A stretch of DNA of 64,000 bases, taken from Vulcanimicrobiales bacterium. Lineage in GTDB: Bacteria > Vulcanimicrobiota > Vulcanimicrobiia > Vulcanimicrobiales > Vulcanimicrobiaceae. The stretch covers positions 1 through 64,000 of the forward strand of contig JBBRLI010000015.1 in the NCBI GenBank assembly GCA_038231455.1, read 5' to 3'. The notes under the pieces were generated by a model. The model searched no databases. It was not told where the DNA came from and saw only the letters and a program-made list of their open reading frames with translations. The position numbers were made by a program, and so were the translations under genes. Each line of letters begins with the position of its first letter. The stretch's first letter is position 1. Positions 19,462-29,282 of the stretch are shown one piece after another.

Positions 19462-20414
19462 CCGCTAGTCTGATTGGAACCCGGCGCGGCGCGATCGTGG
19501 CGGCGGTGCTTGCGCTTGTGGGCTTTGCGCTGCCGTTCGTGATCTATCCGATCGAAGCAATCGATATTATCTGTTTTGCGCTTTTCGCCGTCGCGTTTGA
19601 CTTGCTGCTCGGGTTTACCGGACTGCTCTCGTTCGGGCACGCACTTTTTTGGGGCGGCTCTGCGTACATTGTGTCGCTGCTAATGGTCAAGCTTGGCGCG
19701 CCGTTCCCGCTTGCCGTGCTGCTCGCCGTCGTCTACTCGCTCGTGCTTGCGCTCGTCGTCGGGCTTATCGCGATCAAACGCACCGGGATTTATTTTGCGA
19801 TGATCACCCTTGCCATCGCGCAGATCCAGTTTTTCTTCGCGTTTCAGCTCGGCGAATGGACGGGCGGCGAGAACGGATTACAGCTCGGCGCACGCGGGTC
19901 GTTCTTTGGGCTCTCGCTCGACAATGACCGCGTGTACTACTATCTGGCGCTTGCGTTCGTGATGGCGGCGGTATTTTTCGTCGTGCGCGTGGTGCGCTCG
20001 CCATTCGGTGCGGTGCTTGCGGCGACGCGCGAAAACGAACAGCGCGCGATCGGCCTTGGCTACCGTGTTGACCGCTACAAACTCGCGACGTTCGTCCTTT
20101 CCGGCTCGATTGCGGGTCTTGCGGGCGCACTGTACGCGGTTGGCAACCACCTCGCGGGCCTAGACGGCGTCGACTGGCACACCTCGGGCAAAGTCGTCAT
20201 GATGTCGATTCTCGGCGGGATCGGGACGGTCTTCGGGCCGATCGTCGGAGCGGGTATCTTCGAGACGCTCGAATATTACGTTAGCAAGACGCCGATCGGC
20301 GACAAGACCAATATCGTGCTCGGCACGATCTTCGCGATCGTTATCCTCATCGCGCGCCGGGGCATCGTCGGCGAGATTCTTGCACGGCGACGTGCCCGAA
20401 CCGAAGAAGCGTAG
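19458..20414 (+). CDS. HAAT ABC permease (LivM-like)
   Basis: GFTGLLSFGHA, YFAMITLA, TGGENG and RENEQRA; ATGA overlap. Confidence 0.92.
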   Translation: MTASLIGTRRGAIVAAVLALVGFALPFVIYPIEAIDIICFALFAVAFDLLLGFTGLLSFGHALFWGGSAYIVSLLMVKLGAPFPLAVLLAVVYSLVLALVVGLIAIKRTGIYFAMITLAIAQIQFFFAFQLGEWTGGENGLQLGARGSFFGLSLDNDRVYYYLALAFVMAAVFFVVRVVRSPFGAVLAATRENEQRAIGLGYRVDRYKLATFVLSGSIAGLAGALYAVGNHLAGLDGVDWHTSGKVVMMSILGGIGTVFGPIVGAGIFETLEYYVSKTPIGDKTNIVLGTIFAIVILIARRGIVGEILARRRARTEEA

Positions 20415-20438
20415 GCCTGCGTGTGGAATCCTCATAGC

Positions 20439-20822
20439 ATGCATGACGACGAGAACACGCAACCGCCGCTAATCCCGTATATCCCGATGGACGAGCCGTC
20501 GTTTCGCGCCAGCCGCGCGGATATCGTCAACGACGGCGGATCGTTCCTGTTATTCCTGATTGAACGCCGCGCCATGGCCGGACGCGACGACGGCCTCTTC
20601 GTTGAAGCGGACTACGAGACGGGCCGCTTCTCGATCACGCCGATCGCGCTTGCCAATCTGCGCGATCAAATCGATCAGGCACTCGGCGCGTACAAAGCGA
20701 TTTACAAACAGGACGCGCCGAATCCCAAGAACGTCCCCGTCGACCGGATGGATATCGCAAAGCGCATCTTCGTCGACGGCATTACAACCGCGCCCGACGA
20801 GACCGAAGAGCCCCAGCGCTAG
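20439..20822 (+). CDS. Hypothetical protein (possibly DUF3467-like)
   Basis: ORF filling the gap with coding-like codon bias; beta strands followed by a helix (ITPIALANLRDQIDQALGAY). Confidence 0.55.
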   Translation: MHDDENTQPPLIPYIPMDEPSFRASRADIVNDGGSFLLFLIERRAMAGRDDGLFVEADYETGRFSITPIALANLRDQIDQALGAYKAIYKQDAPNPKNVPVDRMDIAKRIFVDGITTAPDETEEPQR

Positions 20823-20828
20823 AGCGTT

Positions 20829-21521
20829 CTAAACGCCGAGTAGCTCGAGGAGTTCGTTCTCGCGCGCGATCACTTCACTATTGTCGAGGACTTGCGCGAC
20901 GTGGCCGTGGTCGATCACGTAGTGGCGATCGGTCACACGCGTCGCGAACCGCAAGTTTTGCTCTACCATCAACACCGTGATGCCGGCGCGTTTGATCTCG
21001 AGGATGAGTTCGCCGATCGCATCCACGATAACCGGGGCTAACCCTTCGGTGGGCTCGTCGAGTAAAATCAGGCGCGCGCCGCTGCGGAGCACGCGCGCAA
21101 TCGCGAGCATCTGCTGCTCCCCGCCCGAGAGCGTGGTGCCGCCAGCTTTACCGCGTTCTTTGAGGATTGGGAAGAGGCCATAAATGCGTTCGAGCGGCCA
21201 TGCGTCATTGCTCACGACCGGCGGCAAGGTAAGATTCTCGGTGACGCTGAGCGTCGAGAGAATGCCGCGCTCTTCGGGGACGAAGCCGATTCCCGCGCGC
21301 GCGATGCGGTCCGAGGACAGCGTTTGGATATCGTGGCCTTCAAATGTGATCGTGCCTCGACGCGCGCGCACGATACCCATGATTGTTTTGAGCGTCGTTG
21401 TTTTGCCGACACCGTTGCGACCGACGAGCGTCACGACCTCGCCTTTGCTCACATCGAGATTCATGCCGTGGAGAATGTGGCTCTCGTCGTAGTAGGCGTG
21501 CACGTCACGTAAGCTGAGCAT
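20829..21521 (-). CDS. HAAT ABC ATP-binding protein (LivF-like)
   Basis: GRNGVGKT, LSGGEQQM and LDEPTEGLAP. Confidence 0.94.
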   Translation of the reverse strand: MLSLRDVHAYYDESHILHGMNLDVSKGEVVTLVGRNGVGKTTTLKTIMGIVRARRGTITFEGHDIQTLSSDRIARAGIGFVPEERGILSTLSVTENLTLPPVVSNDAWPLERIYGLFPILKERGKAGGTTLSGGEQQMLAIARVLRSGARLILLDEPTEGLAPVIVDAIGELILEIKRAGITVLMVEQNLRFATRVTDRHYVIDHGHVAQVLDNSEVIARENELLELLGV

Positions 21522-22258
21522 TAGTGGCCTCCGCCAAGGTATGCGTCGATGACGCGTTTGTCCGTGCGCACCTCATCGTAGGCGCCTTCGATGAGAATCT
21601 GCCCGCGCTGCATCACGGTGATCTTCGTGCATAAATCCGCGACAACGCGCAAATTGTGTTCGACCAGCACGATCGTTCTGCCGACGGCGACTGCACGGAC
21701 GAGTTCCACGACGCGCTCGACATCGTCGATCGCCATGCCGGCCGTGGGTTCATCGAGTAGCAACACTTTGGGATCTTGCGCGAGGGCGATTGCGAGTTCG
21801 AGTGCGCGTTTGCGGCCGTACGAAAGTTCGACGGCGGGCTGTGCGGCATAGGATTCGAGGCCGAGCCGTGCGAGGATCTGGAGCGCCGGATCGTCGAGTA
21901 CCGCGGTTGCTTTCGCCGGCGCGACGAGTTGGCGCGAGAGCGAGGTCTTCGCCTGCAGCGAGATTTTCACGTTATCGAGCACGGTGAGATGCGGGAAGAT
22001 GCTATTGATTTGAAAACTGCGCACCATGCCGCGCCGCGCGATCGCCGCCGGGCCGATGTGGGTGACATCGGAGCCGTCGAAGTGGACGGTGCCGCTCGTC
22101 GGTGCAATGAAGCCCGAAAGAAGATTGAAGAGCGTCGTCTTGCCCGCACCGTTGGGGCCAATGATCGCGTGGATCGCGCCTTCGGCGACGCGAAACGAGA
22201 CATCGGAAACCGCGCGAAATCCCGCGAACTGCTTGGTAAGGGCGTGCGTTTCGATCAC
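21521..22258 (-). CDS. HAAT ABC ATP-binding protein (LivG-like)
   Basis: GPNGAGKT, LSYGRKR, LDEPTAGM and AYLG. Confidence 0.94.
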   Translation of the reverse strand: MIETHALTKQFAGFRAVSDVSFRVAEGAIHAIIGPNGAGKTTLFNLLSGFIAPTSGTVHFDGSDVTHIGPAAIARRGMVRSFQINSIFPHLTVLDNVKISLQAKTSLSRQLVAPAKATAVLDDPALQILARLGLESYAAQPAVELSYGRKRALELAIALAQDPKVLLLDEPTAGMAIDDVERVVELVRAVAVGRTIVLVEHNLRVVADLCTKITVMQRGQILIEGAYDEVRTDKRVIDAYLGGGH

Positions 22259-22296
22259 GAAACGGGGCTTCGCTCAGCGAAGCGAATTGCCCCCAC

Positions 22297-23604
22297 ATGG
22301 CCTGTCAACACTACGATATTCACGACGGCGGCGAGCGCGTGTTCGAGGTCGAGGCGCCGCGCATCAAGTACGGTCGCGGAGCGCTCGAAGAAGCGGGCGC
22401 CGAGGCGCGCGCGCTTGGCATGACGCGCGTCGCGCTCTTCAGCGACCCGCAGGTCGCGAAGCTGGCACCGTTTGCAACCGTGCAGAAGGCCTTACGCGAA
22501 GCGGGGATCGATGCGATCACGTACACGAATGCATCGGTCGAACCGACGGATGTCTCGTTTCAAGACGCGGCGGCGTTCGCGGCCGATGGCAAATTCGACG
22601 GCTACATCTCGGTGGGTGGCGGCTCCTCGATCGACACGGCGAAAGCTGCCGACCTTTACGCGACGTATCCGACCGGCGATTTCCTCGACTACGTAAACGC
22701 GCCGATTGGCGGAGCAAAACCTATCCCCGGTCCGCTGCGTCCGCACATCGCATGTCCGACGACTGCCGGAACCGGCAGTGAATGTACGGGCGTCACGATC
22801 TTCGATTTGCTGTCGCGTGAAGTGAAGACCGGGATCGCGTCCCGCTACCTGCGTCCGTCGCTTGGGATCGTCGATCCGGATTGCACGCGCACGCTTCCGG
22901 CAGGCGTCGTAGCTTGCGCGGGCTTCGACGTCCTCGCACACGCACTCGAATCGTTTACCGCCCGGCCGTACACCGCCCGCGATCGCACGCCAATCGGCGT
23001 GTCACGTCCACTCTCGCAGGGCGCGAATCCGTATAGCGATATCGCCTGCCTAGAAGCGCTGCGCATTCTCGGCGAATATCTCGAGCGCGCGGTCGCCGAT
23101 GCAGCCGACGACGTAGCGCGCGAGCGGATGATGTTTGCGGCAACGCTTGCGGGTATCGGCTTCGGCAACTCTGGCGTTCACGCGCCACACGGCATGGCCT
23201 ACGCGGTCGCCGGGCTCGTGCGCGAGTATCACGCTCCGTCGTATCCGGGCAACGCACCGATCGTGCCGCACGGTATGTCGGTCATCGTAACCGCTCCCGC
23301 AGTTTTTCGTTTCATGGCCGAGGCTGCACCCGAGCGCCATATCGACGGAGCCCGCGCTCTCGGCGCAGCGGGCGCGTCAGTCGCGCTGAACGAGGCCGGC
23401 GACTTCCTTGCGGCTCGAGTCATCGAATTGATGCGCGCGACGAACATCCCAAACGGGCTCGGCGGCGTCGGGTATGTGCCGAGTGACCTGAACGAGCTTA
23501 CCGAGGGCGCCTTCGCACAACAGCGGCTTTTGATGAACGCTCCGCGCCACGTCGATCGTTTGACGCTGCACCGCCTGTTTGAAAAAGCGCTTTCGTACTG
23601 GTAA
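22297..23604 (+). CDS. Hydroxyacid-oxoacid transhydrogenase (ADHFE1-like iron alcohol dehydrogenase)
   Basis: GGGSSIDTAK, PTTAGTGSE and GIGFGNSGVHAPHGM. Confidence 0.9.
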   Translation: MACQHYDIHDGGERVFEVEAPRIKYGRGALEEAGAEARALGMTRVALFSDPQVAKLAPFATVQKALREAGIDAITYTNASVEPTDVSFQDAAAFAADGKFDGYISVGGGSSIDTAKAADLYATYPTGDFLDYVNAPIGGAKPIPGPLRPHIACPTTAGTGSECTGVTIFDLLSREVKTGIASRYLRPSLGIVDPDCTRTLPAGVVACAGFDVLAHALESFTARPYTARDRTPIGVSRPLSQGANPYSDIACLEALRILGEYLERAVADAADDVARERMMFAATLAGIGFGNSGVHAPHGMAYAVAGLVREYHAPSYPGNAPIVPHGMSVIVTAPAVFRFMAEAAPERHIDGARALGAAGASVALNEAGDFLAARVIELMRATNIPNGLGGVGYVPSDLNELTEGAFAQQRLLMNAPRHVDRLTLHRLFEKALSYW

Positions 23605-23606
23605 CC

Positions 23607-24137
23607 TTACTCGTTCAGCACCCGGATTACCGAGAGCAATGCGAAGTCGTGGGCCGGATTTTTGGGGTGTTGAAACGTGATGCGTGCGTTGCCGTTTACG
23701 ATGGTAAGCGTCGCAGAGATGCGGAGCAAAGCGGTTTGATTTGCATCACCGAAGAAATCGACGGAAAAATTTGCGTGCGCGGGCCGATCGACACGATCGA
23801 CACGTATCGCTCCCCAAGTGTCCTCTCGCGTCCACCTACCGCTCTTTACTGCGACGGTCACGGAGCGGAGCGGGCCGGTCCGGAGGTGAGGGCCGAAATA
23901 GATGCCGGCGGTCATTTGTTTTAAACGACCACGATAGAATGTCGACGCGCTGATGCGAACGTTCTTAGGAAGCCAGTGCACCGATGTCGCATTCTCGACG
24001 CGAAACGGCGTCGGATCGATCCTGACGGTCGCTGCAAGTCCGTCACGCTTGACGGTCGCCGTCGCCGCACACACGGCGGCGGTGTTCGATACAACGAACC
24101 CAAGAACGATTGCTAAGACAAAACTTCGTCGAATCAT
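23607..24137 (-). CDS. Secreted hypothetical protein
   Basis: Signal peptide MIRRSFVLAIVLG...AAT from ATG 24137; beta-rich, basic. Confidence 0.55.
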   Translation of the reverse strand: MIRRSFVLAIVLGFVVSNTAAVCAATATVKRDGLAATVRIDPTPFRVENATSVHWLPKNVRISASTFYRGRLKQMTAGIYFGPHLRTGPLRSVTVAVKSGRWTREDTWGAIRVDRVDRPAHANFSVDFFGDANQTALLRISATLTIVNGNARITFQHPKNPAHDFALLSVIRVLNE

Positions 24138-24234
24138 TCGGTCACCCGCAAGATGATGAATGGGCGTTAGGTTCGCGTCGGACGCCTTGGTACCCCGGAA
24201 GGAAACAAGACCCAAGATCAAGGAAATTAAAACT

Positions 24235-24804
24235 ATGAAATTAGTTGCAAGAGGGCTCGGCGGTCTGCTTTTTTTGTTCGCGATCATCACCGCACAGATA
24301 ACTCAACCGGTGCGCGCGCAGACGGTTGGGGTGGCCAGCGCGGACTATGTTTCGCGTCTGGCTTCTTCGCTACGGGGGCGCTGGCTGGGCTCACTTGAAT
24401 ATCGCGACTATCAATCGAACACACGCGTTTCGTTGCCGACGCTCCTTGATGTAACTACGGATACGAATGGTTCGCTCGCACTTGCGTATACATTCGATGA
24501 TGGCAATGGGAAGATCGTCCGCGAACACGAGATCGTGCATATCGATTCGGTTGCAGCAACCTACGTGGTCACAAACGAGGACAAGTCGAGCGATCCCTAC
24601 AGCATCGCTTCGGTTAATCCGTTCGACGTGGCCGGGAAAACGCAAGTAGTGCTGCTCGGGCACGGGACCGACAACGACCGCCCGGCTGAGGTGCGTGAAA
24701 CACTGACAATCACCCCGAAAGCCATGACGATGCTTCGCGAAGTGCGCGCCGCGGGCGGCGAATATCTCTTCCGTCATCGCTACGCATTCTCGCGCTTGCA
24801 ATAG
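24235..24804 (+). CDS. Secreted hypothetical protein (lipocalin-like beta barrel?)
   Basis: AAGGA RBS, signal peptide ending VRA-Q and GRWLGSLEYRDY. Confidence 0.7.
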   Translation: MKLVARGLGGLLFLFAIITAQITQPVRAQTVGVASADYVSRLASSLRGRWLGSLEYRDYQSNTRVSLPTLLDVTTDTNGSLALAYTFDDGNGKIVREHEIVHIDSVAATYVVTNEDKSSDPYSIASVNPFDVAGKTQVVLLGHGTDNDRPAEVRETLTITPKAMTMLREVRAAGGEYLFRHRYAFSRLQ

Positions 24805-24816
24805 GCGACGCGGCGG

Positions 24817-25707
24817 TCACGACGTGTAGTCTGCAAGCCATCGGCGCGTGACGAAAATTCGCCCTTCGCGTACGGTGTGTCGAAGCCGGCCGCGCTGCGC
24901 CGCTTTGTAAAATCGTGCCACGTGACTGCGTGGGACGAGCGATGCGAGCGCCACCAGTTCGTCTGCAGGATCGTCGGTTGCGCGGCTGGCGAGGAGGGCC
25001 TCGATCGTATGGATCAGCGCACGCTCGACAATCCGCTCGAGATGCATCGCTTCCCCCGCGTGCGCGCGGTCGATCGCCGGCTGATACGTATTGTGTTCGC
25101 GCGCGGGAAGAACGAGTGGCGGCAGGCCGCGTCGCGCGAGTAAAGCATTCGCGATCAGCCGAGAGACGCGGCCGTTGGCACTAGCAAAGGGCAACACACG
25201 CGTGAATCGGGCGAGGGCGTTTGCGATCCAGCGTGCCGTGTCTTCGTCTGCGACCGCATGGGCGAAGCGTTCTAAGAAGACGTCGACGTCGCGCGGCACG
25301 AGCCACGGCGGCGGGGCGACGACGCCGTCGGCGAGTGAGACGGTGGCGTTGCGCCACGCGCCTGGCGCAGCGGATTCGCTCCTCGCGGCCAGCGTGTGAA
25401 ACTGCCGGATGTCAGCTAGCGCGAGGAGCGGCCGTGGATCGCCCGTCGCAAACGGTAGACGTGAGGCAGCGTAGTCCGCTGCCGCAGCATAGTCACGCAC
25501 GAGCAAGTAGTCGGCGAGCGGGTAATCGCCGGTCGCGATCCCGCGATCGAGGAGGGCGTTGATCGCGGGTCGGTCGAGGGCCGACCCGGCAAGGACGGTC
25601 GATTGGAAGATTTCGTCGCGCCGGATATCGCGCCAAGCGCGGGCCATCGTCGCCTGCGGTGGCGCGACGCGGACGGCGGCGATTAGCCTCCCAAGGTGAA
25701 CGGACAT
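24817..25707 (-). CDS. Fic/DOC family protein with degenerate active site and C-terminal HTH-like domain
   Basis: VLPFASANGRVSR versus consensus HPFxxGNGRxxR; GAWR motif; C-terminal KAAQRGRL...FVTRRWLADY. Confidence 0.8.
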   Translation of the reverse strand: MSVHLGRLIAAVRVAPPQATMARAWRDIRRDEIFQSTVLAGSALDRPAINALLDRGIATGDYPLADYLLVRDYAAAADYAASRLPFATGDPRPLLALADIRQFHTLAARSESAAPGAWRNATVSLADGVVAPPPWLVPRDVDVFLERFAHAVADEDTARWIANALARFTRVLPFASANGRVSRLIANALLARRGLPPLVLPAREHNTYQPAIDRAHAGEAMHLERIVERALIHTIEALLASRATDDPADELVALASLVPRSHVARFYKAAQRGRLRHTVREGRIFVTRRWLADYTS

Positions 25708-25709
25708 CG

Positions 25710-25754
25710 TGTCTACATTATACCAAAAATAGATTCTGTGGACAAATGTAGTCA
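25710..25754 (-). promoter_or_regulatory. Consensus sigma70 promoter of the Fic gene with flanking repeats
   Basis: Minus strand TTGTCC-N17-TATAAT with extended TG; CTACATT-N25-AATGTAG inverted repeat. Confidence 0.75.
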
Positions 25755-25787
25755 CCGGTTTGAGAGGCGCCGCCGTTGATTGTTGTG

Positions 25788-28700
25788 ATGCAAGCACGAT
25801 CTGCCTACTTAGAAGCTCTCGCCAAGCGCGTTCTCGTCTTTGACGGAGCTATGGGCACCCAGCTCATGGACCTGGAGCTTACCAACGACGATTTTGGCGG
25901 CGTTAAGTATCACGGCTGCAACGAGGCGATCGTCTTAAGCCGCCCGGATCTCATCGAAAAGATCCACGACGATTATTTCGCCGCTGGGGCCGACGTGGTT
26001 GAGACGGACACGTTTACGGCCTCGCGCCTCAAACTCGATGAGTACGGCCTCGGACACCAAACGGCCGCGATCAACACCAACGCCGCGCAAATGGCGCGTC
26101 GCTCGGCCGACAAGTATTCGACCCCCGAAAAACCGCGCTTTGTCGCCGGTTCGATGGGCCCGACGGGGATGCTCATCTCCTCATCCGATCCGACGCTCTC
26201 GAAAATCACCTTCGATGAACTCGCCGATCTCTACGGCGAGCAGGCCCGCTACCTCGTCGAAGGCGGCGTCGATCTCTTGTTGCTCGAGACGAGCCAAGAT
26301 TTGCTTGAAATGAAAGCCGCGATCGCCGGCATCGTGCGGCAATTCGATCGCGGTCTTGCGCGCGTGCCAATCCAGGCGCAAGCGACGCTTGATGTCACTG
26401 GACGCATGCTGCTCGGCACCGATATCCGCGCGGTAACGGCGACGCTCGACGCCCTGCAGATCGACGTCATCGGTCTCAATTGTTCGACCGGTCCGACGCA
26501 CATGCGCGATGCCGTGCGGTTTCTTGTCGATAACTCGCGCTGTTTTGTCAGCGTCATTCCGAACGCCGGCTTGCCGATCATGGGACCCAAGGGCGAGACG
26601 ATCTATCCTGAAAAGCCCGACGAGATGGCGCGCGAGTTAGGCGCCTTCGTGACGGACTTTGGCGTCAACGCGATTGGCGGCTGTTGCGGAACAACGCCCG
26701 CGCACATTGCGGCCTTTGTTGCTGATGTCGCTGGAAAAGTCGGGCGTCTGCCGGAGCCAAAACCGCTGCAGTTCGCGTCATCTGCAATGACCGCGGTTGC
26801 GCTCAAACAAGACGGCAGCGTCACCATCGTCGGCGAGCGACTCAATAGCCAAGGCTCGCGTAAGATCAAACGTCTTTTGCTTGCCGATGATTATGATGAG
26901 ATGATGCTCGTCGCACGCGAGCAAGTCGAAGGCGGCGCGCATCTGCTCGACGTCTGCGTCGCACTCACCGAGCGCGTCGACGAAGACGTGCAGATGCATA
27001 CGCTGGTGAAAAAGCTGGCGCAGTCGACCGAAGCGCCGCTGATGATCGATTCGACCGAAGCAAACGTCATCGAAGCAGCACTCAAAATGTACGCGGGACG
27101 CGCGATCGTGAACTCGATCAACCTCGAGAACGGTCGCAAGAAAATTGACGAAGTGATGCCGCTCGTACGCGAAGCCGGCGCCGCCGTCGTCGCGCTCACG
27201 ATCGATGAGACCGGGATGGCCAAGACGCGCGAGCAAAAACTCGATGTCGCGCGACGCATCTACGCCATCGTTTGCGGCGAGTTCCAAGTTCCGCCCGGCG
27301 CACTGATTTTCGATGATCTTACGTTCACGCTCGCAACCGGCGAAGCGGAATTCCTTGACTCGGCGATCGAGACGATCGAAGGCATCCGCCTCATCAAGCA
27401 AGAGCTGCCCGGCGTCCTCACCTCACTTGGTCTCTCGAACGTGTCGTTTGGCCTCAAGCCGCACGCGCGCGCGGCACTCAATTCGGTGATGCTCCATCAC
27501 TGCGTCGAGGCCGGCCTCGACATGGCGCTTGCCAATGCCAAAGAAATCACGCCGTACGCCGAGCTTCCAAACGAAGAGCGCGAACTCTGCGATGATCTTG
27601 TGTTTAACCGCCGTCCCGATGCGCTTCAACGCGTCATCGAACATTGGGAAACCAAAAAGAGCGACGGATCGAGTGCGAGTGGCACGATGGACGACGACCT
27701 CGACCTGCCGATGGAAGCGCGCATCCACAATGCGATCTTGCGCCGTCGCAAAGACGGGATCGAAGCGAAGATTGATGAGGTGCTGGAGCGCCGCGATCCA
27801 GTCGACGTGCTCAACAATGTGCTTCTCCCGGCGATGAAAGAAGTCGGCGACAAATTCGGCGCCGGCGAGTTGATCTTGCCGTTCGTGCTGCAGTCGGCTG
27901 AAGTGATGAAGAAGGCAGTCGCGCATCTCGAACAATTTCTTGAAAAGACCGAAGGCGTCACCAAAGGCAAAGTCGTGCTCGCAACCGTGTTCGGCGACGT
28001 CCACGACATCGGCAAGAACCTCGTTTTCACGATTCTGACGAATAACGGCTACACGGTGTACGACCTCGGCAAACAAGTGCCGATGAATACGATTCTCGAA
28101 AAAGCCGTCGAAGTGAACGCCGATGCGATCGGTTTATCCGCGCTGTTAGTCTCGACGTCCAAGCAAATGCCCATCTGCGTGAAAGAACAGGATGCACGCG
28201 GCCTTGCGTACCCAATCGTCGTCGGAGGCGCGGCGATCAACCGCGACTTCGGCCGCCGCATCTCGTTCCTCGATGATGGCAATCGCTATTTTGAGGCCGG
28301 TCTGTATTACGCGAAGGACGCGTTCGAGGGTCTCGAGATTATGGATCAGCTCACCGGCGATCCGGAACGCCGCGCGCGCTTCATCGAAACGAAAAAGAAA
28401 GAAGCGGAGAAATCGCGCGATGCAAGTCGCGCTGCCGTGGCCGCTCCGGTCGGCGATGGCCGCAACGCCCGCGAGCATCTTACGATCGTCGAGCCGCCGT
28501 TGCCGCCATTTTACGGTCCGCGCACGATTACCGATATCGACGTCCGCGAACTCTGGGGTCATTTCGATCTGAAGAGTTTATACCGTCTCTCGTGGGGCGG
28601 CGCGAATCAAAAAGGCGCCGATTGGGAAAAACTCGTCGCGGAAGAATTCGATCCGCGTCTAGCACGGTACAAACAACAAGCGGAGGCCTCGCCGTTACTC

Positions 28701-29276
28701 GAGCCGCGCGTCGTCTACGGCTACTATCCCGCCGCCGGATCGGGCGACGATATTATCGTTTACGATCCGAACGACCGCACGCGCGAGATCGCGCGCTTTC
28801 CGTTTACGCGTCAAATCGGCGGCGAACATCTGTGTCTTGCCGACTACTTACGCGAACCAATCGACGGCGGAGCAAGCGACGTGATCGCACTCCAAGTCGT
28901 GACGATGGGGCGCGATGTTTCTCGCAAGATCGACGAGCTGCAAGCCAAGAGCGACTACAGCGAATCGTACTTTCTCCACGGGTTCTCCGTGCAGTCGGCT
29001 GAGGCACTCGCGGAACACACCCATGCACGCGTGCGCCGCGAACTCGGCATCGACGATGGGCGCGGCAAACGCTATTCATGGGGCTATGGCGCATGCCCCG
29101 ATCTCTCGCAGCACACGATCGTCTGGAATTTGCTGGATGCAGAAACCGCCATCGGCACCGAACTTACCGAAGCGTTCCAAATCGTGCCAGAACAATCGAC
29201 GGCCGCGATCGTCATCCACCACCCACAGGCGAGCTACTTCAACGCCTCCGCCGTGCGCGAACTCGTCGGCGCTTAG
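25788..29276 (+). CDS. metH: Cobalamin-dependent methionine synthase
   Basis: DGAMGT, GLNC...GGCCGT zinc ligands, pterin domain GER/IDS, DVHDIGKN B12 motif and RYSWGY activation domain. Confidence 0.97.
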   Translation: MQARSAYLEALAKRVLVFDGAMGTQLMDLELTNDDFGGVKYHGCNEAIVLSRPDLIEKIHDDYFAAGADVVETDTFTASRLKLDEYGLGHQTAAINTNAAQMARRSADKYSTPEKPRFVAGSMGPTGMLISSSDPTLSKITFDELADLYGEQARYLVEGGVDLLLLETSQDLLEMKAAIAGIVRQFDRGLARVPIQAQATLDVTGRMLLGTDIRAVTATLDALQIDVIGLNCSTGPTHMRDAVRFLVDNSRCFVSVIPNAGLPIMGPKGETIYPEKPDEMARELGAFVTDFGVNAIGGCCGTTPAHIAAFVADVAGKVGRLPEPKPLQFASSAMTAVALKQDGSVTIVGERLNSQGSRKIKRLLLADDYDEMMLVAREQVEGGAHLLDVCVALTERVDEDVQMHTLVKKLAQSTEAPLMIDSTEANVIEAALKMYAGRAIVNSINLENGRKKIDEVMPLVREAGAAVVALTIDETGMAKTREQKLDVARRIYAIVCGEFQVPPGALIFDDLTFTLATGEAEFLDSAIETIEGIRLIKQELPGVLTSLGLSNVSFGLKPHARAALNSVMLHHCVEAGLDMALANAKEITPYAELPNEERELCDDLVFNRRPDALQRVIEHWETKKSDGSSASGTMDDDLDLPMEARIHNAILRRRKDGIEAKIDEVLERRDPVDVLNNVLLPAMKEVGDKFGAGELILPFVLQSAEVMKKAVAHLEQFLEKTEGVTKGKVVLATVFGDVHDIGKNLVFTILTNNGYTVYDLGKQVPMNTILEKAVEVNADAIGLSALLVSTSKQMPICVKEQDARGLAYPIVVGGAAINRDFGRRISFLDDGNRYFEAGLYYAKDAFEGLEIMDQLTGDPERRARFIETKKKEAEKSRDASRAAVAAPVGDGRNAREHLTIVEPPLPPFYGPRTITDIDVRELWGHFDLKSLYRLSWGGANQKGADWEKLVAEEFDPRLARYKQQAEASPLLEPRVVYGYYPAAGSGDDIIVYDPNDRTREIARFPFTRQIGGEHLCLADYLREPIDGGASDVIALQVVTMGRDVSRKIDELQAKSDYSESYFLHGFSVQSAEALAEHTHARVRRELGIDDGRGKRYSWGYGACPDLSQHTIVWNLLDAETAIGTELTEAFQIVPEQSTAAIVIHHPQASYFNASAVRELVGA

Positions 29277-29282
29277 CGCGCC

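Noticed and set aside
25737-25745. Replication origin suggested by a DnaA box
   Set aside because: Single box in an 80-bp gap, coinciding with a -35 element; no box cluster and no dnaA or dnaN nearby
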